Shown piece by piece: positions 51,564 through 62,041 of a stretch of DNA of 64,000 nucleotides. Position 1 is the stretch's first letter. The number at the start of each line of letters is the position of its first letter. The stretch comes from Minisyncoccota bacterium (GTDB taxonomy: Bacteria > Patescibacteriota > Minisyncoccia > Phycocordibacterales > Phycocordibacteraceae). Location: assembly GCA_041664265.1 (NCBI GenBank), contig JBAYLD010000004.1:33470-97469 (forward strand), given 5' to 3'. The position numbers were made by a program, and so were the translations under genes. A model generated the notes under the pieces. It saw nothing but the letters and a program-made list of their open reading frames with translations, had not been told where the DNA came from and ran no database searches.

Positions 51564-52232
51564 ATGGAACAGCCAGCATTGTTCACCGTGAAGCACCTCT
51601 TTGGCCCGGAGTGGCTGCGCTCCCTCGTCAACGCGGGCATCTTGCTTGGCCTCGCGTTCATTGTCGAGCATTTCGCCGTCGTGTATGCGTTTGAATATGT
51701 GGCGCGCCCGACCACCACCCACGTCGGGGACCTCTTCTTGGATAATCTCCCTATCGTTGATTTGAATTTTATCATCATCGAGATAGCGCTCCTCGCTATC
51801 GTCGTCGGGACGGCGTTTGTCGTGTTCTTCCGTCCTCGGTATATCCTCTTTACGCTCAAGTCCCTCGCACTCTTTATAGCGATTCGGGCGCTCTTCATGT
51901 CGCTCACGCATGTGGGCATACATCCGGGCAATATCGCGCCGGGGTCAGGAGTATTTGATTCCGTGTATTCCTACTTCAATTTCCAAACAGGACTATTCTT
52001 CTCGGGGCATACGGGTATGCCGTTCCTTATGGCGCTTATCTTCTGGCGGACACCGCGTACGCGGAACATTTTCTTGCTGCTATCCTTTATTTTTGCGATT
52101 GCCGTACTGCTCGCGCACATCCATTATTCGATAGACGTGCTCGCAGCGCCTTTTATCGCGTATGGCATATTCAAGATCGCGCACTATCTCTTCTTGCGGG
52201 ATTACAAGCTTATTGAGGCAGGGCATGTTTAA
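51564..52232 (+). CDS. PAP2-superfamily membrane protein, sphingomyelin/IPC synthase-like
   Basis: About six TMs, D.FLDNLP, FFSGHT, HYSIDV. Confidence 0.85.
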   Translation: MEQPALFTVKHLFGPEWLRSLVNAGILLGLAFIVEHFAVVYAFEYVARPTTTHVGDLFLDNLPIVDLNFIIIEIALLAIVVGTAFVVFFRPRYILFTLKSLALFIAIRALFMSLTHVGIHPGNIAPGSGVFDSVYSYFNFQTGLFFSGHTGMPFLMALIFWRTPRTRNIFLLLSFIFAIAVLLAHIHYSIDVLAAPFIAYGIFKIAHYLFLRDYKLIEAGHV

Positions 52233-53352
52233 CCGGCGTATATATCTCGATGTGGCGGCTGGCATGAACGGGCCTTCGCCTCGCCGAAGCTGGCTCCGGC
52301 CACGCGAAGGCGGGAATCCCTCATCGCCACACACCGAAGGCCGCCGGGCGCGGCACCTGCTCGAAGATGCGCGTACGGCTATCGCGCGGCTTGTCGAGGT
52401 GCAGCCAGACGATGTTATCTTCACCAGTGGCGCGACGGAGGCGAATGCACTCGCTATTCTCGGCAGCGCTACGGCGGGAAGTCATGTCTTGTATTTGCCG
52501 AGCGCGCACTCCTCGATCGTTGAGAATATTAAACTGCTCGCGCAGAGGGGCGTGAAGGTGGAAGCGTTGCCCATTCAAAACGGGCGTGTCGACTGCGTGA
52601 AGTTGAAGAAGCTTTTGCGGCCAGAGACAAAATTGGTAAGTGTCGAAGCTGTCTGCGGAGAAACAGGGGTAGTCTGGAATATCAGAGGAATACGAGAAGC
52701 GATTGGCTTAAAAATTTTATTGCATGTGGATGCGAGCCAGGCGCCGCTGACAGAAAAGTTAACGCGCGCGCATTTTAGCGCCGACCTGCTCACCCTTGAT
52801 GGGTCGAAGGTCGGCGTACGCGGCATCGGCGCCTTGATCGCGCATCGCACGATTCCCTTGGTTCCTTTGTACGCTGGGGGCGGCCAGGAGCGCGGACTCC
52901 GCCCGGGGACCGAGGTGCCCGAGCTCGCAGAGAAGTTCGCGGCCGCGCTCCGCGCCGCCGCGCGCGGCCGCGACGCATTTCGCGCTTCTGCAACGCGAGA
53001 ACGAGAGCGGCTCGTCTCGTTCATCAAAAACACACTTCCCGACGTATATGTTACTGAGGGTTCGCCAGCCGGCGGACAGGCCCCAAACATCCTCAACCTC
53101 TCATTCCCCGGCCGAGACACCGATTACCTCGTTGCGCTCTTAGACGAGGCAGGGTTTGCGGTCTCGACCCGAAGCGCCTGCGAGTCAGACTCGCAAGAAG
53201 GATCGCGGGCCGTTTTTGTCCTCACGGGGGACCATGCGCGGGCGCTCTCGACGTTGCGTATCTCTTGGGGACCAGGTACCCGATCGCGCGCATTGGCCCG
53301 ATTCGCAAAGGCGCTTGCGCGGGCTATCACCTTTATTGACACCAAGAGCTAG
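52225..53352 (+). CDS. Cysteine desulfurase family (IscS/NifS)
   Basis: YLD.AA, GNPSS.H, FTSGATEAN, HVDASQ, GGGQE.GLRPGT, S..SAC. Confidence 0.9.
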   Translation: MFNRRIYLDVAAGMNGPSPRRSWLRPREGGNPSSPHTEGRRARHLLEDARTAIARLVEVQPDDVIFTSGATEANALAILGSATAGSHVLYLPSAHSSIVENIKLLAQRGVKVEALPIQNGRVDCVKLKKLLRPETKLVSVEAVCGETGVVWNIRGIREAIGLKILLHVDASQAPLTEKLTRAHFSADLLTLDGSKVGVRGIGALIAHRTIPLVPLYAGGGQERGLRPGTEVPELAEKFAAALRAAARGRDAFRASATRERERLVSFIKNTLPDVYVTEGSPAGGQAPNILNLSFPGRDTDYLVALLDEAGFAVSTRSACESDSQEGSRAVFVLTGDHARALSTLRISWGPGTRSRALARFAKALARAITFIDTKS

Positions 53353-53370
53353 CGGTAGCATTATAGTCAT

Positions 53371-54141
53371 ATGGATATCGAAGAACTCTCTAAATCCCAG
53401 CTCATATTGCTCACGATTTTAGTGAACTTCGTCACGTCAGTCGCGACGGGCATCTTGACGGTCTCCCTACTCGACGAAGCTCCGCCCTTCGTTACTCAGA
53501 CAGTGAATCGTGTGGTCGAACGCACTATTGAAACGGTCGCGGCCGCCGCGCCGGCCGCGATCATCGCCGCGCCGGCGCCATCAAATCAAGATCTGGTGAC
53601 GGCGGCTATCGGCGCGGACGCGGCACGCACCGTTGCTATCTATGCCGCAAAAACCGGCACCTCAACACCGGCGATAGCGATTGGCACGTATATCCCGAAG
53701 GCGCGCATTATCGCGACTGCAGCGCAGGATGCACTCCCAAAGGAGGCCCTGATCGAATTCACAAACGGCTCTTTCATCCCCGCATCGCGCGCGCGGGAGG
53801 GGAGCGGCATCGCGATCTATGGCTTCGCGGACGACGCAGTTTTACCCAAGATGACTTCGCCGGTCCTTGTCACCGAAGGGGATTTGAAGCTCGGCGAGAC
53901 CGTACTCGCTCTCTCTGCCGACGGTTTTGCCGCCACTGGCATCGTCGCGCGCGTGAGCGCGAAGGGTATCCACACCACCTTGCCTGACATAGGCACCGGC
54001 AGCGCCGTGGTCAATTTGTCGGGCAATCTCGTCGGCATTGATGCCGGTTCGGCACCCGGATTGCTTATCAGTGCGCACATCATAACCGAGCTTCTCACCG
54101 CGACCTCGACGACAGCCACGACAACTCCCAAGAAACCATAG
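53371..54141 (+). CDS. Membrane-anchored degenerate trypsin-like (HtrA-related) protein
   Basis: N-terminal TM, LKLGETVLAL...GIV, NLSGNLVGI; no GNSGG motif. Confidence 0.65.
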   Translation: MDIEELSKSQLILLTILVNFVTSVATGILTVSLLDEAPPFVTQTVNRVVERTIETVAAAAPAAIIAAPAPSNQDLVTAAIGADAARTVAIYAAKTGTSTPAIAIGTYIPKARIIATAAQDALPKEALIEFTNGSFIPASRAREGSGIAIYGFADDAVLPKMTSPVLVTEGDLKLGETVLALSADGFAATGIVARVSAKGIHTTLPDIGTGSAVVNLSGNLVGIDAGSAPGLLISAHIITELLTATSTTATTTPKKP

Positions 54142-54195
54142 CAATCATGACGTAGTTTCTACTCCCTATACCCTACCAACTACAACCTATTTTAT

Positions 54196-56883
54196 ATGCC
54201 TCCCTTTAACAATTTCACCACCAAAGCAAAAGAAGCCGTACGCCGAGCGCACGAGCTCGCGATCGAACGCGGCCAGAACCACGTCTCACCACTCCATTTG
54301 CTCGCCGCGCTTGTGCTCCAAGAGGAGTCCCTCGTCTTCTCGATGCTTGATCGGATGGAAGTCGATACCGTCATGCTCGCGGATGCCGTGCTTGAGCATC
54401 TTGAGGCGCCCGAGAGCGCATCGGTGCTCTCGCCCTCGTACCAGATTTATCTCACGCCCGATCTCGCTCAAGCGCTTGAAGCATCGGGGAAGATTGCGGC
54501 GCGCATGAATGATGCATTTGTAGGCACCGAACATCTCTTCCTCTCGGTTATCGAACATCCGGGCGGAGCCGCAGACATACTCGCGCGCTTCTCGATAAGC
54601 CAGCAGGCGGCGCTCGCTGTCCTCAAAGAATTGAAGAATTCGAAGGAGGGTCAGATTGCAGAACCGAAGCAGTTCCGCGCGCTCTCCAAATATGCGCGCA
54701 ACCTCACCAAGCTCGCCGCCGAGAACAAGCTTGATCCGGTCATTGGACGCGACAGCGAGATCAACCGCGTCATCCAGATCCTCGCGCGCCGTACCAAGAA
54801 TAACCCGGTGCTTATCGGCGAAGCGGGCGTCGGGAAGACGGCCATCGCTGAAGGGCTCGCGGCGCGTATGGCGACCAACGATGTCCCCGAATCGCTTCGC
54901 GGCAAAGAGCTCCTCTCGCTCGATCTCGGGCTCATGATCGCCGGCACCAAATATCGCGGCGAGTTCGAAGAGCGTATGAAAAATGTTATGAAGGAGGTCG
55001 AACGTGCAGAAGGGAAGGTGATCCTCTTCGTCGACGAGCTCCACACGCTCGTAGGCGCCGGCGGCGCCGAGGGCTCGCTTGACGCATCGAACATGTTGAA
55101 GCCCGCCCTCTCGCGCGGCGAGATCCGTGTCATCGGCGCGACGACACTGAAGGAGTATCAGAAGTATATCGAGAAAGATGCCGCGCTCACGCGCCGCTTC
55201 CAATCGGTTTTTGTGCAAGAACCATCCGTCGAAGACGGCATCGCGATCTTGCGCGGGCTGCGCGATAAATATGAGCTCTTCCACGGGGTGCGCATCACCG
55301 ACGGCGCTATCGTCGCCGCGGTCGAGCTCTCCTCGCGCTACATCTCTGATCGCTTCTTGCCGGACAAGGCGATCGATCTTATCGACGAAGCGGCATCAGG
55401 TCTGCGTATCGCGCTTGAGAACAAGCCGCCCTTGCTGGAGGAGACCGACCGCAAGATCCGCCGCCTCGAGATCGAGCGCCAAGCGCTCCAAAAAGACTTA
55501 GAGGGAGAACACAGCAAAGAGATCAAGGAGCGCATCAAGGATATCGATGCCGAGGTTGCCGATTTGAAGGAGAAGACAAGCGAGCTCGAGCTCAAGTGGA
55601 AGAACGAGAAGGATATATTGACCGGCATCCGCGCCCACAAGACCGAGCTCGAGGCGCTCAAGATCCAGGCGGACAATGCCGAAGCCGCCGCTGATCTCGG
55701 CACCGTCGCCGAGATCCGGTATGGCAAGATCCCGCATATCCAAAAAGATCTAGAAGCGAAGCTGAAGCGCCTGAAGATGCTCCAGAAGTCGCGCCGCGTT
55801 TTGAATGAAGAAGTAACCGAGCAGGATATCGCCGCGGTCGTCAGCCGCTGGACGGGCATCCCAGTGGTGCGCATGCTCGAAGAAGAAGCCACGAAGCTCT
55901 CGCGCATGGAGGAGTCGCTGAAGAGTAGTATTATCGGTCAGGATACTGCGGTCAAGAAGGTGACGGACGCGGTCAAGCGCTCGCGCGTGGGCATCAGCGA
56001 CCCGAATCGCCCGATCGGCTCATTCCTCTTCTTGGGGCCCACCGGCGTGGGCAAGACCGAGCTCTCGAAGAAGCTCGCGGAGTTTATGTTCAACGACACC
56101 GATGCCTTGGTGCGCATCGACATGAGCGAGTTCATGGAGAAGCACTCGGTCGCGAAGCTTATCGGCGCGCCGCCGGGCTATGTCGGCTATGAGGAATCGG
56201 GCACCCTGACTGAGCGCATCCGGCATCGCCCCTATGCGGTGGTGCTCTTCGACGAAATCGAGAAGGCGCATCCCGAGGTGTTTAATATCTTGCTTCAAGT
56301 GCTCGATTCGGGCCATCTTACTGACGGCAAGGGGCGCAAGGTTAATTTCAAGAACACCATCATCGTGCTCACCAGCAACATCGGTGGAGAGTTCATCGAC
56401 CGTCTCGCGCACATCGGCTTCGGCACCGCGGGCGCGACCGAGGCGTCGCAGTATGAAGAGACGAAAGTGCGCGTGATGGATGCGCTCAAAGAGCACTTCC
56501 GTCCGGAGTTCTTAAATCGTCTCGACGATATCATCATCTTCGACGTGCTCGCGAAGGAGGCGCTCGCGAAGATCGTCGATACGCAAGTCGAGGAGGTGAC
56601 GAAGCGCTTGGCTCAGAAGCGCATCGCGCTCGCGTTCGCTCCCGAGGTGCGCTCGTGGCTGGCCGAGAAGGGCTACAATCCACAATATGGCGCGCGCCCC
56701 TTGCGCCGCACGATCCAGGACAAGATCCTCACGCCGCTCGCTTCGCTCATGGTTGACCAGGGGGTGACAGAGGGCGGAACAGTGACGGTCTCGATCAGGT
56801 CTGCCGAGCCGCATTTTGAGGTGAAGAAGAAGCAGGTGCGTGTCCGTCGAAGTCAGACATCGACAGCTGCTGTGGATGTCTGA
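54196..56883 (+). CDS. clpB: ATP-dependent chaperone ClpB
   Basis: Two AAA+ modules ([16 protein letters not shown]) and a long coiled-coil middle domain. Confidence 0.95.
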   Translation: MPPFNNFTTKAKEAVRRAHELAIERGQNHVSPLHLLAALVLQEESLVFSMLDRMEVDTVMLADAVLEHLEAPESASVLSPSYQIYLTPDLAQALEASGKIAARMNDAFVGTEHLFLSVIEHPGGAADILARFSISQQAALAVLKELKNSKEGQIAEPKQFRALSKYARNLTKLAAENKLDPVIGRDSEINRVIQILARRTKNNPVLIGEAGVGKTAIAEGLAARMATNDVPESLRGKELLSLDLGLMIAGTKYRGEFEERMKNVMKEVERAEGKVILFVDELHTLVGAGGAEGSLDASNMLKPALSRGEIRVIGATTLKEYQKYIEKDAALTRRFQSVFVQEPSVEDGIAILRGLRDKYELFHGVRITDGAIVAAVELSSRYISDRFLPDKAIDLIDEAASGLRIALENKPPLLEETDRKIRRLEIERQALQKDLEGEHSKEIKERIKDIDAEVADLKEKTSELELKWKNEKDILTGIRAHKTELEALKIQADNAEAAADLGTVAEIRYGKIPHIQKDLEAKLKRLKMLQKSRRVLNEEVTEQDIAAVVSRWTGIPVVRMLEEEATKLSRMEESLKSSIIGQDTAVKKVTDAVKRSRVGISDPNRPIGSFLFLGPTGVGKTELSKKLAEFMFNDTDALVRIDMSEFMEKHSVAKLIGAPPGYVGYEESGTLTERIRHRPYAVVLFDEIEKAHPEVFNILLQVLDSGHLTDGKGRKVNFKNTIIVLTSNIGGEFIDRLAHIGFGTAGATEASQYEETKVRVMDALKEHFRPEFLNRLDDIIIFDVLAKEALAKIVDTQVEEVTKRLAQKRIALAFAPEVRSWLAEKGYNPQYGARPLRRTIQDKILTPLASLMVDQGVTEGGTVTVSIRSAEPHFEVKKKQVRVRRSQTSTAAVDV

Positions 56884-56931
56884 CTTCCACGAGTCGTTGC
56901 TTAAATCGGGTGTTTCTGCTAAATTAGCGTT

Positions 56932-57087
56932 ATGTCACAAGATCGCCTGTTGAAGCTCAAGTCCACGAAGTCCAAGCACGTTATGTGGACGAGGAAGAAT
57001 AAAAAGAAGGTCGAGCGCAAGATAGAGCTCACCAAGTTCGACCCCACGCTTAGGAAGCGCGTCCTCTACAAAGAGACGAAGAAATAA
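56932..57087 (+). CDS. rpmG: 50S ribosomal protein L33 (Cys-free type)
   Basis: MSQDRLLKLKSTKSKHVMWTRKNKKKVERKIELTKFDPTLRKRVLYKETKK; not in the ORF track. Confidence 0.93.
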   Translation: MSQDRLLKLKSTKSKHVMWTRKNKKKVERKIELTKFDPTLRKRVLYKETKK

Positions 57088-57093
57088 CCCGCC

Positions 57094-57127
57094 AAAAACA
57101 AAACCGCCTTCGGGCGGTTTTGTTTTT
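57094..57127. terminator. Bidirectional terminator between rpmG and tRNA-Trp
   Basis: AAAAACAAAACCGCC-ttcg-GGCGGTTTTGTTTTT. Confidence 0.88.
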
Positions 57128-57200
57128 GGCGGGCCCACCAGGAATCGGACCTGGACTGTCGCTTTTGGAGAGCGATGTACTACCACTATACGATGGACCC
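57127..57200 (-). tRNA. tRNA-Trp(CCA)
   Basis: GGGTCCA/TGGGCCC acceptor stem, anticodon arm TCGCT-CTCCAAA-AGCGA, encoded CCA end. Confidence 0.93.
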
Positions 57201-57276
57201 TTGCGGTAACGATACCAGATGCAGGGCGGTGGGGAAAGCGGCATAGAGGGAGCCGAGGGAGAGGTATGATGGGGGT

Positions 57277-58329
57277 ATGCGTTCACGCGTTCTTTTATTT
57301 ACACTCCTACTCACGGTCGTCTTGTTCGCGTTGCCGCACGCTGTGTTTGCAAAGATACCGTTCTTTGGGCCGATCATCCCCGAGGCGCAGAGCGTTTGCC
57401 CTGCGAGCTGGGGTTTGGTTATCACAGTCATCAACAATCTCATTGAGTTTCTTATCACGATCGCGATCGTGTTCGTCGCGCCAGTCATGATCGCCTATGC
57501 CGGATTCCTGTACGTCGTGAATCCGATGAACCCGAGCGGTATGAGCAATGCGAGAAGTATCTTGAAGAATACTGTCATCGGCATCGTCGTCGCGCTCTCG
57601 GCTTGGCTCATTGTGGCCGCGGTTATGGCGGTGTTCTATAATCCGAAGGCAGTTGGGAAAACATGGTCAGAGCTCATCACTTCAGGGGGCATTGATCCCT
57701 GCCTCAAACAAGCAGGATCGATCACGGAGCTCAGGCAAGTAAGCGTTCCGGGTGTTGCCGGCATCACTGTGACCACTCCGGGTACGACTTCTTTGACACC
57801 GGCGCAGATCCGAGCAAAAGCGAGTGCCGCCAAAGCGTTTAAGACTCAAGTGTGCGCTGCAGCCTCAACGCAGGGTATCCCTACCCAATGCAGCCAACTT
57901 CTCGGTATTCTTGGTGTAGAATCAGGAGGGATCCCGACATCGGTAAGCCCCGAAGGAGCTATCGGACTTATGCAACTCATTCCGACCACGGCGGCAAGCA
58001 ACGGTGTGTCCGCTTGTGTCGGGTCTTCAGATATAAGCCCCTCGGCTGCCTGTATCGCCGCACTGAAGAATTCAGATACGAATATCAAAGCTGGTGTGAC
58101 AAACTACGCGAAACTTTTTAAGAAGTTTAGTGGGAACCAGACATACGCGACGGCCGCGTACAATGCCGGTGATGGGACAGGATTAAAACCCGATGGTAAA
58201 AAACAAGCTTTTGCAAAAAGCAGTGATTGTCCTGGCATGTTCGCTTGGGAATGCCCTATTAACCCTGGTGGATTCGTTGAAACGCAAAAATACGTTCTGG
58301 ATGTGGCCGCCGTGGCGCAACAACTCTGA
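57277..58329 (+). CDS. Pilin-like TM region fused to lytic transglycosylase (SLT) domain
   Basis: MIAYAGFLY..A..IL.N.VIG; VESGG, GAIGLMQL, AAYNAG, ETQKYV. Confidence 0.85.
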   Translation: MRSRVLLFTLLLTVVLFALPHAVFAKIPFFGPIIPEAQSVCPASWGLVITVINNLIEFLITIAIVFVAPVMIAYAGFLYVVNPMNPSGMSNARSILKNTVIGIVVALSAWLIVAAVMAVFYNPKAVGKTWSELITSGGIDPCLKQAGSITELRQVSVPGVAGITVTTPGTTSLTPAQIRAKASAAKAFKTQVCAAASTQGIPTQCSQLLGILGVESGGIPTSVSPEGAIGLMQLIPTTAASNGVSACVGSSDISPSAACIAALKNSDTNIKAGVTNYAKLFKKFSGNQTYATAAYNAGDGTGLKPDGKKQAFAKSSDCPGMFAWECPINPGGFVETQKYVLDVAAVAQQL

Positions 58330-58341
58330 AGATAATCAGTT

Positions 58342-59184
58342 TTATTCTTGGTCGAGGACTTTAAGTTTGCGCAGCCACGCCTTTTGGCGGCGGGCATACT
58401 GCCAGAGCTTAGCGGAGAGGATAGGGAGAAGAGCTTCTTCAATTTGGCCAACACCTGGTGTTGGCCATTTTTGCAAATATTCGCCGATGATGCGATATTC
58501 GAGCCCGAGCTCGTTCAGGCGCGCGTCGCCTACTTGATTGCGCACTCGACGCACTTCGTCAACCAATCCCCGCCCTAATGCTTGCTTTAGGCGGGCATCG
58601 ATTCTTGTGCGCAATTCTTCTTTTGGCGGGTCAATCACAATCCATTGCACAATATAGGGACTTACGATGTCCCTAGATGGGACAGAGCCAAGGGAGGAGA
58701 TGATCTCGAGCGCGCGGATGAGGCGGCGGCGGTTCTTGGGGTCGAGCTCGACGGCACGACGGGGGTCCGCGGAGCGGACGCGCACATGAAGCTCTTCATT
58801 TGAGAGCCCTTCAATTTCGGCTCGGAATGTTTGATTCGCGGCAATTTCGGGAACGGGACGGAGCAACGCGTCAAAATAGAAGTGCGTGCCGCCCACAAGG
58901 ATCGGCAACTTCCCTCGAGCAGAAATATCTTTGATCAATCGTGTTGCATCAGCGACAAAGTCGCCAGCAGAATATGTTTCGTGCGGGTCACGAATATCGA
59001 TAAGGTGATGCAGCACGCCGCGCATCTCTTCTTTCGTGATCTTTTCTGTGCCGATATCTAGGCCGCGATACACCTGCCGCGAATCAACCGAGATCACTTC
59101 ACCGTTTCGCGCAAGCGCTTCTTCAACCGCTCGCGCAGACTTGCCCGAGGCAGTCGGCCCCGCGATGCATAAAATTTTAGTCAT
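58342..59184 (-). CDS. miaA: tRNA dimethylallyltransferase
   Basis: GPTASGKS, DSRQVYRGLDIGTEK, VGGTHFY, RRLIRALEI, YARRQ. Confidence 0.96.
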   Translation of the reverse strand: MTKILCIAGPTASGKSARAVEEALARNGEVISVDSRQVYRGLDIGTEKITKEEMRGVLHHLIDIRDPHETYSAGDFVADATRLIKDISARGKLPILVGGTHFYFDALLRPVPEIAANQTFRAEIEGLSNEELHVRVRSADPRRAVELDPKNRRRLIRALEIISSLGSVPSRDIVSPYIVQWIVIDPPKEELRTRIDARLKQALGRGLVDEVRRVRNQVGDARLNELGLEYRIIGEYLQKWPTPGVGQIEEALLPILSAKLWQYARRQKAWLRKLKVLDQE

Positions 59185-59235
59185 CAAGGGCGATGGTAGC
59201 ATTTTTGAATCCATCGTGCCCCAGCACGAAAACGC

Positions 59236-59320
59236 TGGTGCTGGAGGTGGGAATCGAACCCACAACCCTTGCGGGACACGATTTTGAGTCGTGCGCGTAT
59301 ACCAGTTCCGCCACTCCAGC
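59236..59320 (-). tRNA. tRNA-Leu(CAA)
   Basis: GCTGGAG/CTCCAGC stem, CACGA-CTCAAAA-TCGTG, long variable arm, GGTTCGATTCC, ACCA end. Confidence 0.96.
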
Positions 59321-59437
59321 GTTTCGTACGGGGTAAATCTACCAATTTTTACCCCTGCACCAATGTCCTCATTCGGTGCGGGGCCGCCATCTCGGCTGCC
59401 TGTGGATTGCAGGATACCATATGTTAAAATATTTTAC

Positions 59438-60430
59438 ATGCATGAAGAGGCAGGCTACGTCCCGACCAAGTACGATTCGGTTTTTTGGATTGACGTGGAG
59501 CGTATTGCGCCGAACCCCTATCAGCCGCGCCGGGAATTCAGCGAGGAGGGCTTGACGTCGCTCGCAGAGAGCATTCGCCAATACGGCGTCTTACAGCCCT
59601 TGGTCGTGAGCCGTGTTGATGTCGAGAAGCCGGAGGGCGGTCTCGAGAGCCACTATGAGCTCATCGCGGGCGAGCGGCGCCTGCGTGCCTCAAGGCTTGC
59701 CGGCCTCAAGCAAGTGCCGGTAGTGATCCGTCACGGCGATACCAATCTCACCAAGCTCGAACTCGCCATTATCGAGAATCTCCAGCGCGAAGACCTTAAC
59801 GCGATCGATCGCGCCAAGGCACTCAAGAAGCTCATCGAAGAATTCGGCATCTCGCATGCCGAGTGTGCGGCGAAGATCGGCAAGAGCCGCGAGTATGTCT
59901 CCAATTCGCTTCGCCTTCTTTCTCTGCCTGAGCACATGCAGAGCGCCATCGTTGGGAAGGAGATCAGCGAGGGTCATGCGCGCGCACTTCTCGGGCTCGC
60001 CAATCGCCCTGAAGAGCTCGAGACGACCTTTAAAGAAATACTATTAAAACGCTTGCCGGTCCGCGCGGTTGAACGCATCGTGCGCTCTATCGCACAAGAG
60101 CGCGTGCGCAAGTACCACCGCAAGACGCCCGAAATGATTGAGATTGAAAAGTCGCTTACCGAGACCTTGGGTACACGCGTCATCATCGAGACCAACAACG
60201 CCGAGGAGGGCGGTCGTCTGTTGATCGACTTCTTTTCGCCCGATGATCTCTCGGCTATTGTAGAATCGCTGGCGTTGCGTCCTGCCGAAGCCAAGCAGGC
60301 GAACGAGGGAGAAGGAGGCGATCTGACATCTGGCGAAGCAATCGTCGAACCGCCCGATCCGATCGCGCCTCCTGCGCCCGAAGAAGCTGATGATGACGGG
60401 CTGTATTCAGTGTCCGGCTTTACGGTGTAA
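59438..60430 (+). CDS. parB: ParB/Spo0J partition protein
   Basis: PNPYQPRREF, GVLQP, IAGERRLRA, IIENLQREDL, SEGHARALL. Confidence 0.95.
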   Translation: MHEEAGYVPTKYDSVFWIDVERIAPNPYQPRREFSEEGLTSLAESIRQYGVLQPLVVSRVDVEKPEGGLESHYELIAGERRLRASRLAGLKQVPVVIRHGDTNLTKLELAIIENLQREDLNAIDRAKALKKLIEEFGISHAECAAKIGKSREYVSNSLRLLSLPEHMQSAIVGKEISEGHARALLGLANRPEELETTFKEILLKRLPVRAVERIVRSIAQERVRKYHRKTPEMIEIEKSLTETLGTRVIIETNNAEEGGRLLIDFFSPDDLSAIVESLALRPAEAKQANEGEGGDLTSGEAIVEPPDPIAPPAPEEADDDGLYSVSGFTV

Positions 60431-62023
60431 CGGGATCTTCCTCTTTTTTCGCGATGGCTTAGCCGGTTCGGTCATGCCGAGCGCTGTGCGGATATGTCGG
60501 CGCGCGAGAGAGGTGCGGGCGATCTCGAGCCACTTTGACGAAGGATGAGCAGATTCGCGCCGCATTATTTCGACGACTTCTCCGTTGCCGAGCGCCGTAT
60601 CAAATGAGACGAGCTTCCCGTTGACCTTGGCGCCTTGGAGATGGTTCCCGAGGTCGCTGTGTATCGCGTAGGCGAAGTCGATAGGCGTTGACGCAACCGG
60701 GAGGTCTATAACATCGCCGCTCGGAGTAAAGACGAACACACGGTGCGAAAAGAAGTCTTCTTTGAGTCCCTCGACGAATTCTTCAGACTCTGCGACACCA
60801 GCGTGCGCCCCGGCAAGTTCGGCGAGCCACGGGGGAATCTTTCCGCCAGAAGGTGCGCTCCCGACGGGCATCTCTCCGCTTCTGTTTTTTGAAACCTTCA
60901 TGAGCGAGGGGATAAGCGAGCGAATCCAGGGGAAGGAGAGTGCCGAAAACCTGCTTTTCTGGACATTCTTATCAAGTTTCTGGATGCCTTTCCCCAACTG
61001 TTTGTACGACATGTGGGAGGCGATACCGAACTCCGCGCGCTGATGCATCTCTTCGGTGCGGATCTGGATCTCGACGATGCCCGCCCCCGGCGTCACGACG
61101 GTCGTATGGAGCGATTGATAGCCGTTAGGCTTCGGGAAGGCGATGTAGTCTTTAAACTCTCCCGGTAGAGGCTTGTAGAGCGCGTGGACGATCCCGAGCG
61201 TCGCGTAACAATCCTCGATTTTCGGCACGACGATGCGCAATGCCGCGATGTCGTGGACGAGGCTGATGTCATCATGCTTTCGCTTCAATTTTTCATTCAG
61301 GCTCCATAAACCTTTCATGCGGATGTCGGTCCGGAACTTCGTGAGGCCTTTTTTTGCCAGCTCTTTTTTGATTTCCTTCTGCACATTGGCGAGGCCGACT
61401 TCGGTCTCTTGTGTCTTCAATTTACGCACTTCGGCAGCATGCGCGGCAGCGTCAGGGTCTACATAAGGGAAGGCGAGATCCTCAAGGAGGCTCTTCATCT
61501 TACCCATCCCAAGGCGATCGGCAATCGGCGCATAGATCTCGAGCGTCTCAAGCGCGATGCGGCGGCGTTTGGGCTCCGGCACATATTCGAGCGTCTGCAT
61601 GTTGTGCTTGCGGTCGGCAAGCTTGACGATGAGTACGCGGATATCGCTCGCGGTCGCGACCAAGAGGCGGCGCAGCGACTCGGCATGACGCTCGGCACCG
61701 TGATATTTATGTTTGCCGAGCTTCGTAACGCCGTCGACGATGAAGGTAACTTCCTTGCCGAATTCTTTTTCAATTTCCTCACGCGAGATGCAGCCGTCCT
61801 CGACCGCATCGTGAAGCAGCCCGGCGGCAATCGTCGTCGCGTCCATCTCATATTCAGCGAGTATCTTCGCGGTTGCCGCGGGGTGGATAAAATAGGGTTC
61901 GCCCGAGTGGCGCAGGCGGCCTTCGTGCTCCCGCTTAGAAACTTCGTACGCCTTCTCGATAAGGGCGATGTCCTCCTTCGAGGGATTCGACATCTCGCCA
62001 ATAATCTCCTTGACGGTCGTCAT
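60407..62023 (-). CDS. RelA/SpoT family protein (HD, synthetase, TGS; no ACT)
   Basis: R.SGEPY..HP, LLHDAVED, KLADR.HN, KDYIAFPKPNGYQSLHT, TPIDFAYAIH. Confidence 0.95.
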   Translation of the reverse strand: MTTVKEIIGEMSNPSKEDIALIEKAYEVSKREHEGRLRHSGEPYFIHPAATAKILAEYEMDATTIAAGLLHDAVEDGCISREEIEKEFGKEVTFIVDGVTKLGKHKYHGAERHAESLRRLLVATASDIRVLIVKLADRKHNMQTLEYVPEPKRRRIALETLEIYAPIADRLGMGKMKSLLEDLAFPYVDPDAAAHAAEVRKLKTQETEVGLANVQKEIKKELAKKGLTKFRTDIRMKGLWSLNEKLKRKHDDISLVHDIAALRIVVPKIEDCYATLGIVHALYKPLPGEFKDYIAFPKPNGYQSLHTTVVTPGAGIVEIQIRTEEMHQRAEFGIASHMSYKQLGKGIQKLDKNVQKSRFSALSFPWIRSLIPSLMKVSKNRSGEMPVGSAPSGGKIPPWLAELAGAHAGVAESEEFVEGLKEDFFSHRVFVFTPSGDVIDLPVASTPIDFAYAIHSDLGNHLQGAKVNGKLVSFDTALGNGEVVEIMRRESAHPSSKWLEIARTSLARRHIRTALGMTEPAKPSRKKRKIPLHRKAGH

Positions 62024-62041
62024 AGGTGATTACTATACACC

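Noticed and set aside
57127-59320. tRNA-integrated island or prophage
   Set aside because: No duplicated tRNA 3' end, integrase or phage structural gene seen; neighbours are mostly housekeeping genes.
59438-60430. Plasmid partition cassette
   Set aside because: Chromosomal Spo0J-type sequence among housekeeping genes; no parA, rep or canonical parS seen in the window.
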